Shown: positions 24,806-37,977, counted from the first letter of the stretch. The stretch is 64,000 nt of DNA from Felis catus (GCF_018350175.1 NC_058368.1:31746001-31810000), one strand, 5' to 3'. Program-made: numbers and translations. The notes: generated from the sequence alone by a model not told the origin.

Positions 24806-27800
24806 TTATGTCCTCTGAATGTACATATTTCTACATTTTTGTTGCTGAAAGCACAAATGGGTTGTACACGGTAATGGTGTTGGGCACTCACAATTCATGG
24901 GTCTAACCAGTAAACATCTTTATTTTTCTTTCCTGTTGTCTTTTAAAAATGTCTTTAAAAAAATGATACTTCCTTTACCCTTGGTTAAAAACGCAGTCAG
25001 TCCTCTGCTTTTTGGCTTACCCTTATGATAAAAGGTCTCATAGTTGTATTAAGGAACAACACATTTCCCACTCAGTTGTTACACCCTGCCAGTTCTCATG
25101 GTAATCAAAACTCACACCCAACTGAAAATGAGATCTGTTCCTGTCTCTTTTGGGACATGCCACTCGCTAGCCTCCTGCAGGAGGAAAGACCAGTGTTATT
25201 CTTCCCCTTGTTCTTTCAAACCTCCTCATCCATTTAACTGCAGCCTATGGCCAGTAGAGTAGAGTTGAAGCAGCTGGGGGAGAAGGGAGTTATGGGTGAC
25301 AGGTGAGTTGTCTCCTTATAGCATCGTGTGCAAGCTTTACACTTTCAGGGCCTGCCAGATACGTGAAACATACTCGGTCTGGTGAGAGCTATCCACTTGA
25401 GTTTTGCATAGTCTAGGAGGACATGCCATTTCCTATAACAGCATCTCTTCTCTGCTCACCTGCCAAATCAACTAGCCCCTCAGTGCATTCTTGTTCCTTC
25501 TCTCTCTAGATTTCCCAGGTGGGAGGGGAACATAAGTATGTTGTGTCCCTTTTTCCCAGAAGAGATATAACAAGCTCTTCCCTTCTCCTCATTAAGTGAA
25601 GTTCCACTCGACCCACTTTGTAACACTGTGTCCTCAAGACACAATCCTCTCCAAAGAAATACTGGGAGAAGAGCTTCTCTTTTTTAAGCGTCTTTTCTTT
25701 TCTTTTCCTTTTCCTTTTTTTCCCCACCTACCATGTGGATGAGGGTCAGTAATCAGTTTTGGGCTAACCTTCATCTTCAAGAAAACTAGGCTAGTCAATT
25801 GATAGTTTATACTCAATATTAATTGTATTTATGTCTCATCTAAAACTGAGTCCGAGCAAGTTCAATATTTATATGCTGAGTTCCTATTATTCTATTTATA
25901 TCTACCTATCTATTTATATATCTATCATCTATCTATCTACCTGTCACCATCTATCTGTTTGATTATAGTCTATATTGGTAGTTCAAAATGATTTCACTTG
26001 TGTTAAAAAGGGAACTTCTTATTTCAGTACCCACATACTTCACCATCTTTAGATTCTTCTCCATATCTGACATTTAAATTCCTTTGCCACTTGTTTCTAC
26101 CACTGATTCTCCTTGGAGCAAGTGGGTAGGTATATAAACTGTGTTCTAGGAATAAAATTCTGTCTTTCACAATATGGCAAAGCATGCAAATAAGTCTCAG
26201 AAATGAGTGTGGATAAGCTACACTGGGTTTTCTTCAATTTTCATATTGTATATACCAGCTCACTGTAGGTGCCAACTTGCAGATACCCTAGTACATGAAA
26301 AGCAATTTATGTGTGAATGTGAGCTGTTGAGAATTAAAATGATGAGAAGTGGCTTAGGATGCAAAATGAGACTTTAGAAAAATGAAAATAAAAACAAGAA
26401 GACTGCAGGAGAGTTATAGCTTCCAGATTTGTGATAAAATCTCAAAATTATACATTGCAACGAGCGATTACAAATGTACATAACTTACTTTCTGATACTG
26501 AGTAAAGGAAGTAAATAAAAACAGAAGGAAAGTGAAAAACAAGTCTCATAGAATTGAAGAACAGTGAGATGAACCAGCTTCCCTGGTGCTTAAAAAACGA
26601 AGATGATTCATATCCCTGAATAGCAGTAGTCACTTGGACATAAAGCAGGAACACAATTGCTTCATGTGCACCCCTTCTTGAATTGTATGCTTGTATGTTC
26701 TAAAGGACTTTTTTAAATAAACTATTTATCCGCCTGCTGTTTTCAAATTATAATCATCCAGATAGAAAGTTCAAGAACTCTAACCTTTAAAAAAATAACA
26801 AAACATATACATTTTTATTTCCTCATTTGTCTTTTAAACATAAATATAATTTTAAGGGCATCGTTTTAAAAAATGAATTTGTCCTTTTAATGTTTCCTTG
26901 GCAACCTCAATTCTGAAAATGATTTAATCCATTTTGTTTTCATATCTCAACTTCCATTGACTGTTAATGTCAACAAGGCTATTTCATGCATTTTTGTTAC
27001 TTAGACCCACATGGCTTCATCCTATAGAGTGTTTTGCGCTATATATTTGTTGAAGGTATATTCTTTTTTATATGTTCTGTTTTTAGTCTCTGGCCTCATT
27101 ACCTTATGTTACTCTAGAGTGAATATCACAGTCAACTACAGTCATTAGCTAATGATCCATTGTCTCTTCAGGGCAAGATTAGAAACACAGAGATGCTCAT
27201 GCTGAGCAAGTGAGAACTGGAAGCCTAACACATTATGAAAATGAAATAAAGGGAAAAATCCAATTAGATACTCTTAGTAGGGGTCAAAAGAAGTAAGGGC
27301 TTTCATTGGCTCTAACTTATTCACAATGTCAATGTACCAGGGAAGAAAAGTATAACACATTCTAGTGAGGCAGATATTTATGAGAGTCATTGAACAATTA
27401 CTACAAGTTGCCACTGAACGAAATGTAAATTATAAGCAGTGACTTAATTTCAAGTCAGCCTTTACCCTATAGTCCAACTATCTCTGTAATGCTCAACATA
27501 ATAATTTTAGTATCAAAAAATGCTCAATAACAGCAACCATCTCTGCAGGTTTTGCCAGCATGTTCTGTTGGCAAAGATTAACAGATCCTGATATTTAGTG
27601 TTGAGTTTCTAGAATTAATCTGATAAAGTAAGAAGTCAAGATCACAATAGAATCTTTTCAGGAGTTCAAGCTGAATAGTTGATATTGAAGACTTTTTGTA
27701 TTGCTGAATAATTGTACTTTTTCCTCATTATACATTTATAATCTTATTCAGGCCGTGGTATAATTATTCTTTACAGCTTCAATTATACTAAACATAACAC

Positions 27801-28514
27801 TGTGTAATGTTGACATAGGGTCTTTAATTTTAAGTTGTTGACTTAGGCACACAGTTTCCAAAGTTGTTAGTATAAATTTCACCCCCACACCACCAATTAT
27901 TTTAATAGATGTGATAATTTGAAACAAAAGTAAGGAGAATGTTTGGTGACAACTTTTTATTATTTTATGTGGCATCGCTCATATTCTTTGTTTTTTAAGT
28001 TCAACTCACCTTCCAGAAGTTTTTTTAACAGTTTTTTAATTATAATTTAAATGCTTTAAATTTCTTCTTTCTCTTTTTACCTATTGATCTCACCCTTTGC
28101 AATAAAATGTCTAATTAAATGCTTATGTATCTCTCTTGCATCTACCTCCCAGAGTATTATCAATCATCCCATATGTCTTATCACAGTTTTGTAGCTCTAA
28201 AAAAGCATGTTGCATGTGGGCTTATGTGTCACAAGTAGTGTTTCTATATAGAGTCATCTGATACTTTAACAAAATGTATTTGATTTCTAATATTAGAAAC
28301 CATAAAAATTCAAAAGGTAGGAAAGCAGCTATGAAATAGGAGAGTGACCAGAGAAAAAGACTGAAAACAGAGGAAACAATGTCATAGAAGACCGGTCAGA
28401 CTGAGATGTTAAAGACAGAGGGAAAAGAAGTGTGTGTTCCAGGTCCCGGAGGAGGAAGGACAGATGTATCCATGGATTAGTTTAAGAGCTTATGCTTGGA
28501 TGGAGGAGGAACAC

Positions 28515-28855
28515 TGAGATGATTAATCTTGTGTGCCAAATTGACTGCATCATGAAGTGCCCAAAATTTTGGTCAAACATTATTCTAAGTGTTTCTGTGA
28601 GGATATTTCTGGATGAAATTAGTACTTGAATTGGTAGATTGAGTAAAGCAGCCCAGTGTAGGTGGGCCTTATCCAGACTGAAGGAGGCTTGAATAGAACG
28701 AGAGGTAGAGTAAGGGAGAATTTGCTTTCCTGCCTCACTGTTTTAGAGCAGGGAGAGTAGTCTTCCACACTTGAATTGGAACCCACACCATCAGCTCTCT
28801 TGCTTCTCAGGCCTTTGGACTTAACAGGAATAATACCACAGGCTTTCCTGGGTTA
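28515..28855 (+). repeat. 5' LTR (MLT2-type), 3' part deleted
   Basis: TGAGATGATTAAT...TTTGGTCAAACATTATTCT...CTCAGGCCTTTGGA. Homology to the 3' LTR stops at about 28855. Confidence 0.88.
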
Positions 28856-28899
28856 TATGGCCCAATTCCTTATTTTAGATAAATACTCCCACTGAGCAA

Positions 28900-31800
28900 C
28901 CACTTCTAAGAATCAAAGGGCTGGATGATACCTTACCATTTTTTCAAAACTAATGAATATAATGAGGTTGGCTGGTTGCTCCTAATGTCCCTGGACAACT
29001 CAGTAAAAGAAAGGGATGAGCTTAGTGATTTGGATTTCTAGCTCAAGCACACATACATGATCTGAAAGCTTCCATGTGTGCCCTGAAGGAGACACATATC
29101 TCTTGTAGCTGAAGGGCTGAGATTGCTAAAAATTGAATGCAGAGTCTGATCCTGCAACTGGTTGAATTGCAAAGCACATTGAACTCCCAGCCTCATAAGT
29201 GACCTACTGTTTAAATGAGGGCATTGATTAAGATAGAAGGGGATTCTGTAGGTTGGGATGGGCATGTATGGTTACACTCTGATGAAGCTAGTTACACTGA
29301 GCTCCTAAATTCTTTTTTACATTCTTTTATTATTATTTTTAAATTTTATTTATTTATTTTTTTAATATAATTTATTGTCAAGTTGGCTAACATACAGTGC
29401 ATACAGTGTGTGCTCTTGGTTTTGGGGGCAGATTCCCATGATTCATCGCTTACATACAACACCCAGTGCTCATCCCAACAAGTGCCCTCCTCAATGCCGG
29501 TCACCCATTTTCCCCTCACCCCCACCCCAAATAACCCTCAGTTTTCTCTGTATTTAAGAGTCTCTTATGGTTTTCCTCCCTCCCCCTCTATTTGTAACTA
29601 TTTTTTCTCCTTCCCTTTCCCCATGGTCTTCTGTTAAGTGTTTTAAGTTCCACATATGAGTGAAAACATATAATATCTGTCTTTCTCTGACTGACCTATT
29701 TCACTTAGCATAACACCCTTAAATTCCATCCACGTTGCTGCAGATGTCTCCTTTTCCAGTGCAAGAGACCTCCCTGCCCCAAGTGAAAGTGGCTTCCCTA
29801 CATCCATCTGGAGGATTAACTCTGCATTGCCTGAGGAAACTCTAATAGCTCACCCTGAGACAGTTGCCATGTAAGACAATACTGATGAGGTTCATGACCC
29901 ACTTCCACTACCTCTTTTTCTTTCTAGACATTTAACTGGACATTCAGTTCCAGCAGGCCCCTAATAGTGATGAACAAAGTGTGACCCATTAAGAGATATT
30001 CTACGCTACTTGAGTATAAATAACGACTTGAGTTTTCTAATTTATACAAGTAGAAATCCAGAGAGCACGTGTGAGAATGGATACTAAGGGTAAGGGATAA
30101 TGTTCAAAGAAACATAAAGTTGGATCAGATTGAATTTATTGATATCAGCTCATTAAACAGAGATTCTACATTTAATGTTGTAACTCAGCAGTTAGTAAGT
30201 GTTCTAATAGTTTATTTGGATGGTTGGCTGAAACATGGATCAAAAGTTGACCCACAGTGAGCCTAATGGTAATGGCAGACCTACCCTGGTTTAATGTAGA
30301 GGAAGGGATTCAAAACTCTAGGAATTTCTAGGAATATTAGAATGTTAAAGTGGATTTGTCATTTAGCACCTACTCATGCACACTAGAAGGATACAGAAGA
30401 CATGTTTCACCAATACTATGAGAAGTAAATTTGTGAGAGGAGCACCAGCAACCTTGGAGAGCTCTGTGATCACTCTTCTCTGTAGGTAGGACAGACCTTA
30501 CAGTGGGAACTGTGGTAGCTGAATTGAGAAATCTAAATGCAGTGGAAGTCATTGGATCCTATGATGGTAGGAACTGTTTGATAGTATTCAACCACCAAAA
30601 GACAAGGGGCGTTTGGACAGAAGAGTAAAAGTAGCAATCAGAATAGTCTGGCTTTCATAGACTTACAGTGTTGGCTAGTTGATCATTGTGTTCCTAGAAG
30701 CAAAATAAATAGGGAAGCTGCTAGATTCTTATGTGATCTGCATAGTCTATTAAATTCTTATTTGATCTGTATAAACAGAAAGATTTTAGGTCAAGTGAGC
30801 AAAAGTCTAACCTGAGTCATAACAACAGACAGTCATAGTCCTACAGTCATTTCCCAGGCTTAAGCTAGTTTACAAATCCAGAACCCCTTGATTGAAGGGG
30901 AGGTTCCCCAAAACTTATAGTCTTAATCTTTCTTCCAGTCTTACCCAAAGGAATTCATGGTCTTTTACAAAAGTAACTCTTCATTAGGTAAAAGGGAATA
31001 ATCAGAACTTTCAGGGATTACTGGATACTGGCTCTGAACTGACATTAATTTCCAAAGACATGTGTGACTGGGGCATACCAGTCAGAACAGATACTTATGG
31101 AGGTCAGAGGATCAATGGACTTTTAGTGCAAGTCCATCTCACAGTGGCACAGTGGGTCCCTGAAACATCCTTTGGCTATTTCCTCAGTTCCAGAATGCAT
31201 AATCCACATATTGGCTTTTTGATATGTCAGGTGAGAGTTACTATGGTACAAAAAGCCAACTGGAAACCAGTAGAACTTCCTTTATCTAGGGAAATAGTGA
31301 ACCAAAAGGAATACCATATTCTTGGTGAGATTATAGAAATTAATGCCACCATCAGAAACTTGAAGGATTCAGGGGTGGTGATTCTCATCACATTCCCATT
31401 CAACTCATTTACTTTACCTGTGCAGAAGATAGATGTATCTTAGAGAATGACAGTGGACTATCACACACTTAAACAGATGGTTACTCCAATTCCAGATGCC
31501 GCACTAGATGTGGATTCATTGCTTGAGTAAATGAAAACACCCCCAGGTCCTGGTAGGAAGCTGTTGATGTGAAAAGATTTTTTTCTCTATCTGTGTTAAT
31601 AAGGACAACCAGAAGCAGTTTGCTTTCAGTCAGCAAGGCTAACAATACACCTTCACTGTCCTATATCAACTATCTTGATATATCAATTCCTATATCAACT
31701 ATCTAGCTTTATATCATAACTTAGTACATAGGGATATTTATTGCCTTTTTCTTTGAGAAGATATCTCACTGGTCCATTACATTGATGATGTTATGTTGAT

Positions 31801-33700
31801 TTTATATAGCAGGCAAGAAGTAGCAACTTCTGTATACTTGTTGGTAAGATATTCAGAAGGTAGGAACTTAATCCAACAAAAATTCAGGGTCCTTCTACTT
31901 CACTAAAACTTACATGGGCGTAGTGATGTGTGTCATGTGGAGAGATCCCCTCTAAGGGAAAGGGTAAGTTGTTGTATATGATCCTCCTACAATCAAAGAA
32001 AGAGGCACAATACTTAGTGGTCTTCGTTGGATTTTGGAGACAGATAACATATTCCTCATTTGGGTATGTTACTCTGTCCTATTTACTAAGTGACCCGAAA
32101 ACCTACTAATTTAGAGTGTGACCAGCATAGGAAAAGGCCCTGCAATAGGACCAGGCTGCTGTGTAACCTGCTCTTGTAGTTCCTATGGCACTTAAAGTGG
32201 CAGATAAGGATGCTATTTGGAGCCTTTGGTGGACTTCTATAGATAAACCATAGTGCAAGCTCTTAGAATTTTATAGCAAGGCCCTCCTATCCTCTGTGAA
32301 CACCTACTCTCATTTTGAGAAATAACTGTGGCTTTCTACTGTGCCTTAGTAGATACTGAACCAAGTTACTATGTAATCTGAGCTGCCCATCATGAATTAG
32401 GCATTATCAGACCCACCAAGCCATACAATGGGGCATATACAACTGTACTCCATTGTCAAATGGAAGTGCTATATACATGAATGGGCTCCAGCAGGTCTTG
32501 AAGGTATATGAAGTTACATGAAGATGTGGCCCATATGCTCATGGTCTCCACTCCTGCTATAGTGCTCTCTCTCTCCTAACTTGCACCTATGACTTCATGG
32601 GGAGTTCCCTATGATCACCTGATGGAAGAAGAGAAGAATTGGGCTTGGTTTACAGATGGTTTTGTGCAATATTCAGGTGCCACCCAAAAGTGGACAGATG
32701 TAGCCCTATAGTCTCTTTCAGGGAAATCCTTGGAGGGCAGTGGTAAAGGGAAATCCTTACAGTAAACAGAACTCTGAGCAGTGCACCTGATTAGATGGAG
32801 AAATGGCTAGATGTGTGATTACACACTGATTTGTGAGTTCAGGTCAATGACACAATGGTCAGGGATTTGGAGGGGAAATGATGGGAAAATCTGTGACCAG
32901 AAAATATGGGAAAGAAGTATGTGAATGGATTCCTCTGGGTAGGCAAAAAATGTGAAGATATTTGTGTCCTATATGAAGGCTCACCAAAGGGTGAGGGCAG
33001 CAGAAGATTTTACTAATCAAGGGTACAGAATGACCAATTCTGTGGATACAATTCAGCCTCTTTCCTCAGCCATTCTTCTCATCACCTAATGGGCTCAAGC
33101 TCCTGCATTCAAACCCACTGGTTCCCCACAGTCCTGAAGCAGTTGGTTTGATAGAATGGCAGCCTTTTGAAGCTTTAGTTATGGTGTCAGCTAGGTGACA
33201 ACACATTGCAGGGCTAAGGGCATCATTCTTCAAGAGTTTTATGTGCTCTGAATCAACATCCAACATTTGGTGCTATTTCTCCCATAGCAAGGATTCATGA
33301 GTCCAGCAGTCAAGGGGTAGAAATGGGAGTGGCACCACTATTCCCTCTAGTGACCCACCAGCAAAGTTTGTGCTTTCTGTCCCAGTAACTTTATGCTCTC
33401 CTGGCCCAGAAGTTTTATCTTCAATATCTTCAAAGAAAATAATGTTTCCAGCAGAAGATGTAACATTGATTCCATTGAACTGGAAAGTAAGATGGTCACC
33501 CAGACGTTTTGGACTCCTAATGCTTCTGCATCAACAGGCAAAAAGGGAGTGGCACACTGGCTGGGGTGAGTGATTTTGACTACCAAAAGGAAATCAGATT
33601 ACTACTCTACAGTGGAGATAAGGAAGATAACTTCTAGGATACAGGAGATCTGTTTGGACAGTATTACTATGCTTTGTAATTCAGGTCAACTGAAAATTAT
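28900..33700 (+). pseudogene. Disrupted ERV-L gag-pol
   Basis: Protease FQGLLDTGSELTLI (DTG 31024-31032), RT RMTVDY (about 31444) and LVHYIDDVML (YIDD 31778-31789), RNase H AWFTDG (32643-32660), and dUTPase-like TLIPLNWKVR (ORF 33370..33573). Many stops and frameshifts. Confidence 0.9.
29314..29742 (-). mobile_element. Felid/carnivore L1 3' end inserted in ERV-L gag
   Basis: T-rich tail then AATTTATTGTCAAGTTGGCTAACATACAGTG...CAACACCCAGTGCTCATCCC...TATTTCACTTAGCATAA. Confidence 0.92.
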
Positions 33701-34176
33701 AATAACTCAGTCTAGACAGTACCACTAATGACCTAGACCCTTTAGGAATGAAGGTTTTGGTCACTCTACAAGTTCAAGAGCCACAACCAACTGACGTGCT
33801 CTCTGAGGGCAAAATGAATATAGAATGGGTAATGGGAAAAGGTAGTTATAATTAGCAGCTACAACCATATATTTATTTATATGCAGCTATATATTTATAT
33901 GTATTAAGAAGATATTTTGTTTTCCTCCCTCCCTTATTCCCATATCATGTAATATTGTTAATTCTACATCATAGAGTTTAAGTTATGGGATATGAAGGAG
34001 AAGAGTAAACATCACTCAAGGACTTCACCTTCTTTTTGGGGGAAGAAATTAGTGCATTTTTGGTTGTACACAAGATAGTTGTCTCAGGTAGAATTTTTAC
34101 TCTGTTATTGTCTTATTTGAAGATGAAGTGTGGCTTAAGGAGATGTGTAGGAGTTCCAAGTTGAAAAAGGGTGGAC

Positions 34177-34682
34177 TTACGATGATTAATTTTAATGTCA
34201 AGGTGACTGAACCACAAGGTACACAAACATTTGGTCAAACGTTAATCTGGGTGTATCTGTGAGGGTATTTATGGATGAGATTAACATCTGAATCAGTAGA
34301 CTGGGTAAAGCTGACCTCCCCAATGTGAGTTGACCTCATCCAATGCTGGGGAAGCCTAAATAGAACAAAAGATGGGATATGGGAGAATTCACTCTCTCTG
34401 TAGGAATACATTTGAGGTGAGATAGCTGCCTCTGCACTTGAATTGAAATTTATGCCATTAGCTCTACTGGTTCTCAGGCCTTTGGATTCAGACCAGAACT
34501 ATAATATCAACTTGCCTATGTCTCCAGCTTGCACACAGCAGATTATGGGACTTCTCAGCCTCCATAATCACATGAGCCAATGCCTTATAACAGATCTTTC
34601 TCTCTGTCTTTATCCGTATTTTATATAGGCCTATACATACATGCTTTTTGTTCAGTTTTTATGAAAAACCCTGACTAATACA
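34177..34682 (+). repeat. 3' LTR (MLT2-type), complete
   Basis: GATGATTAATTTT...GGACTTCTCAGCCTCCATAATCACATGAGCCAAT...AACCCTGACTAATACA. Confidence 0.92.
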
Positions 34683-35312
34683 AACCCTTTTTCTTTTCTC
34701 TAAGTCAGAAGGGGAAAGGAAGAAAAAATGCAGAATAAATTAATTAGCTGTTAATGAAATAAGGAGTTGAAAGAACTCTTGATTAATGGTATAGTTTGTT
34801 TGAAGGAAGCAAAGTAGTAAGGTTGAGAACCTGAGGTGACAGATGTGGACAGAGAGACAAAGACTGACCAGGTAAGAAAAGAGGCTAATAAACATTAATA
34901 TTCTGGTTGAGTTTAAAAACCATGGGTTTCAAGTCATGCCAATGTTAATAATTTCATCTAGCAGTACATACTTGTTCACTTTAGAAATGGAAAAAACTTG
35001 TCAGTAGAGTAGATTTAAAGTTCTATAGTTTTCAGGATGTGTGTCTGGAAGAGAAGAGATGAAGACAAAACTGAAGGTTCTAGAGAGAAGGTGGTTATAA
35101 GGGCTATGGCTGTTATACCAATAATTGAAAGAACTTGTGCCAAGGATGCTGCTAGGCCAAGAGGAAACAGCAGTAAAGGAACTTGAGCTCTTGATAAGAT
35201 AAAGATCAAATATAAGAGAAGTAAGAATGAGGAAGAAAAAGAAAAATATGGATACAAGGTCAGAAATTTAGACATTGGATTATAAATGTGTGGAAGTTTG
35301 ACAGATGTTCTT

Positions 35313-35530
35313 TTTTTTTATTTTTTTAACGTTTATTTATTTTTGAGACAGAGAGAGACAGAGCATGAACGGGGGAGGGGCAGAGAGAGAGGGAGACAAA
35401 GAATCGGAAGCAGGCTCCAGGCTCTGAGCCATCAGCCCAGAGCCCGACGCGGGTCTCGAACTCACGGACCGCAAGATCGTGACCTGAGCTGAAGTCAGAC
35501 GCTTAACCGACTGAGCCACCCAGGCACCCC
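35313..35530 (-). mobile_element. Young felid SINEC_Fc
   Basis: CpG-rich near-consensus body; perfect 13-bp TSD GACAGATGTTCTT (35300-35312, 35531-35543). Confidence 0.97.
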
Positions 35531-35839
35531 GACAGATGTTCTTGATGCCAAGTTCCCAATGTGCCTATCAGAATGGATTGCTGAAGCAGAACATCAGTAC
35601 TGATCATTGAAATGAAAAGTAATTCTTCCAAAGTGAGAAGAAAGTTTATTGGCTGAGATAAACACAGCCAAATGGGTAGTGGTGGGTAATGAAACAACAG
35701 GAAAACTGATTCCAATTTGAAATGTCTTCCTGACCAAAAGGATGATAGTGAAGAAGTGAGCACAGTGAGCAAATGACAAATGAGAACTAAAAACAAAACA
35801 AAACAAAACAAACAAAAAAGAGGTCTTATTTAAATTAAA

Positions 35840-36054
35840 AAATTTTTTTAAAAGTTTATTCATTTTTTGAGAGACAGAGAGAGACAGAGCATGAGCTGGA
35901 AAGGGGCAGAGAGAGGGAGACACAGAATCCGAAGCAGGCTTCAGGATCTGAGGTGTCAGCACAGAGCCCGACGCAGGGCTGGAGCTCACGAACTGCGAGA
36001 TCATGACCTGAGCGGAAGTCAGATGCTCAACTGTCTTAGCCACCCAGGCGCCCC
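35840..36054 (-). mobile_element. Can-SINE (felid type)
   Basis: Canonical body ending CACCCAGGCGCCCC. Confidence 0.95.
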
Positions 36055-36837
36055 TAAATTTTTTTTATTATGACCATTTTTATTTTTGAAGTCATGGGTT
36101 ATTTTACATTCTCTGAATAATTTTGAACCTATTTATCCTTCTTCATTGTTATTCCATTATATTTAATACTCTGATAATGGATTTAGAAGGTTGGAATGCT
36201 ACAAAATTGGCCATGATGAAAAATCCTTGTAAAATCAATGTGGAGCCTCATGCTGAGAATCATGAGTGTTCTCCTTCCCTGGCTTGGGATGACTGTATTT
36301 CACCATTAGAGCTCCTAACTTCCACTTATGTTTTATTTCTTTTAATCTAGGGAAAAACGATTTTTATGCCTAGATTTACATTCATTGTTCTATTTTCATT
36401 TATTTCTCCTCCTTAATTAGTAAAGCAACAAAATAACTCTTTGAATTTAGACTGGTCCTATTGCATATGACTTACTGAAAGAGATAAATGTGTCACTGAG
36501 AGATTTGACTTGTGTTGACATTAGGAAAAGATGAGTACCACGAGGCACTTTAAATACATTAGCTGTGGCTGAATCATATTACTTCCACACTTACACAAAT
36601 AAACACTTTCTTACTGCTTGGCTGACTGGGTTATCACTTTTGTGTCTTTCGCCCAAAATACGGACATGTAAGCTGATAAATTTTTAATTATGTCTCCTTT
36701 AAAATGTGCTTTAATTTGGCTTTGGTAAACAGGAAAAAAAAAAAAACTCACTAACACTTGCTGAATTGGAAATACCTTTTGAGAGCAATTATTTTTTCAC
36801 TGTGTTTTATTACATTTGTTCGTTGTTCTTTGTATTT

Positions 36838-36838
<1 letters not shown>

Positions 36839-36880
<42 letters not shown>
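36839..36880. repeat. (GT)n microsatellite
   Basis: Read directly from the sequence. Confidence 0.95.
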
Positions 36881-36884
<4 letters not shown>

Positions 36885-37407
36885 CCTTTGTGAAGATTAG
36901 GAGAGAGACATGGCATAAGCCCTGATAATATTCATATATAATGATCAAGTCAATTATGATTTAATTTGGAAGGGCTGAAATTGTCATTTGTCATTCCTAA
37001 GTATTGCCATGGTAGTTTTTCAGATGGGGTCAGATCTTCAGAAAATGTAACTCCATTTGCCCAAAGCAACCACATTGGGAATAACAGACAACATTGTCAA
37101 ACCTTAGGTCTCAAATCATTAGATAGGAATGTCCATGTATATTTTTCAAACTATAATTAATTAACATTATGATAAATATTAGTCAAGTAATATTGGGTTA
37201 AATTATTAATTCCTTGTGTGTTTTTATTGCTTTATGTTAATATAACAGAAAACTAAGCAAACCTATTGAGAAGTAAGCAAACAGCAAACTCTATGCTGTG
37301 TCAACAGCTTTATGTACTCTAACTTATTACTTACAAGGCCATGTAAATTAAAGATTGTGAATCACATTTTAACAGATCAATAACATGGTGATCAAAAAGC
37401 TTAGATG

Positions 37408-37977
37408 TTTACCCAAGGGATACAGGAGTACTGATGCATAGGGGCACTTGTACCTCAATGTTTATAGCAGCACTCTCAACAATAGCCAAATTGTGGAAAG
37501 AGCCTAAATGTTCATCAACTGATGAATGGATAAAGAAATTGTGGTTTATATACACAATGGAATACTACGTGGCAATGGGAAAGAATGAAATATGGCCTTT
37601 TGTAGCAACGTGGATGGAACTGGAGAGTGTGATGCTAAGTGAAATAAGCCATACAGAGAAAGACAGATACCATATGGTTTCACTCTTATGTGGATCTTGA
37701 GAAACTTAACAGAAACCCATGGCGGAGGGGAAGGAAAAAAAAAAAGAGGTTAGAGTGGGAGAGAGCCAAAGCATAAGAGACTGTTAAAAACTGAGAACAA
37801 ACTGAGGGTTGATGGGGGGTGGGAGGGAGGGGAGGGTGGGTGATGGGTATTGAGGAGGGCACCTTTTGGGATGAGCACTGGGTGTTGTATGGAAACCAAT
37901 TTGACAATAAATTTCATATATTGAAAAAAAAATAAAGTTAAAATAAAGTTCTAAAAAAAAAAGAAAAAAAAGAAAAA
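37408..37977 (+). mobile_element. Young felid L1 3' end (5'-truncated)
   Basis: Uninterrupted ORF2 C-terminus (37434..37700, MFIAALSTIAKLWKEPKC...YHMVSLLCGS*), G-rich 3'UTR tract, long A tail, and perfect 14-bp TSD AAAAAGCTTAGATG. Confidence 0.96.

Larger units (their letters stand above)
28515..34682 (+). mobile_element. ERV-L provirus with MLT2-type LTRs (decayed, near full length)
   Basis: Two homologous LTRs, flanks AACAC/AACCC (5-bp TSD, 1 mismatch), PPT-like AAAAAGGGTGGAC before the 3' LTR, and gag-pro-RT-RH-IN-dUTPase remnants in ERV-L order with no env. Confidence 0.93.

Noticed and set aside
27551..27575. Short imperfect hairpin TTTGCCAGCA-N5-TGTTGGCAAA
   Set aside because: Too short for a pre-miRNA and expected by chance.
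31060..31443. 127-aa ERV-L pro/RT ORF as a possible domesticated gene
   Set aside because: It lies downstream of the DTG motif and ends at a premature TAG before RMTVDY; the surrounding pol is full of stops.
35594..36043. Longest listed ORF (149 aa) and similar MAQSVK.../RERGRHRIR... ORFs elsewhere
   Set aside because: Recurrent translations of Can-SINE sequence.
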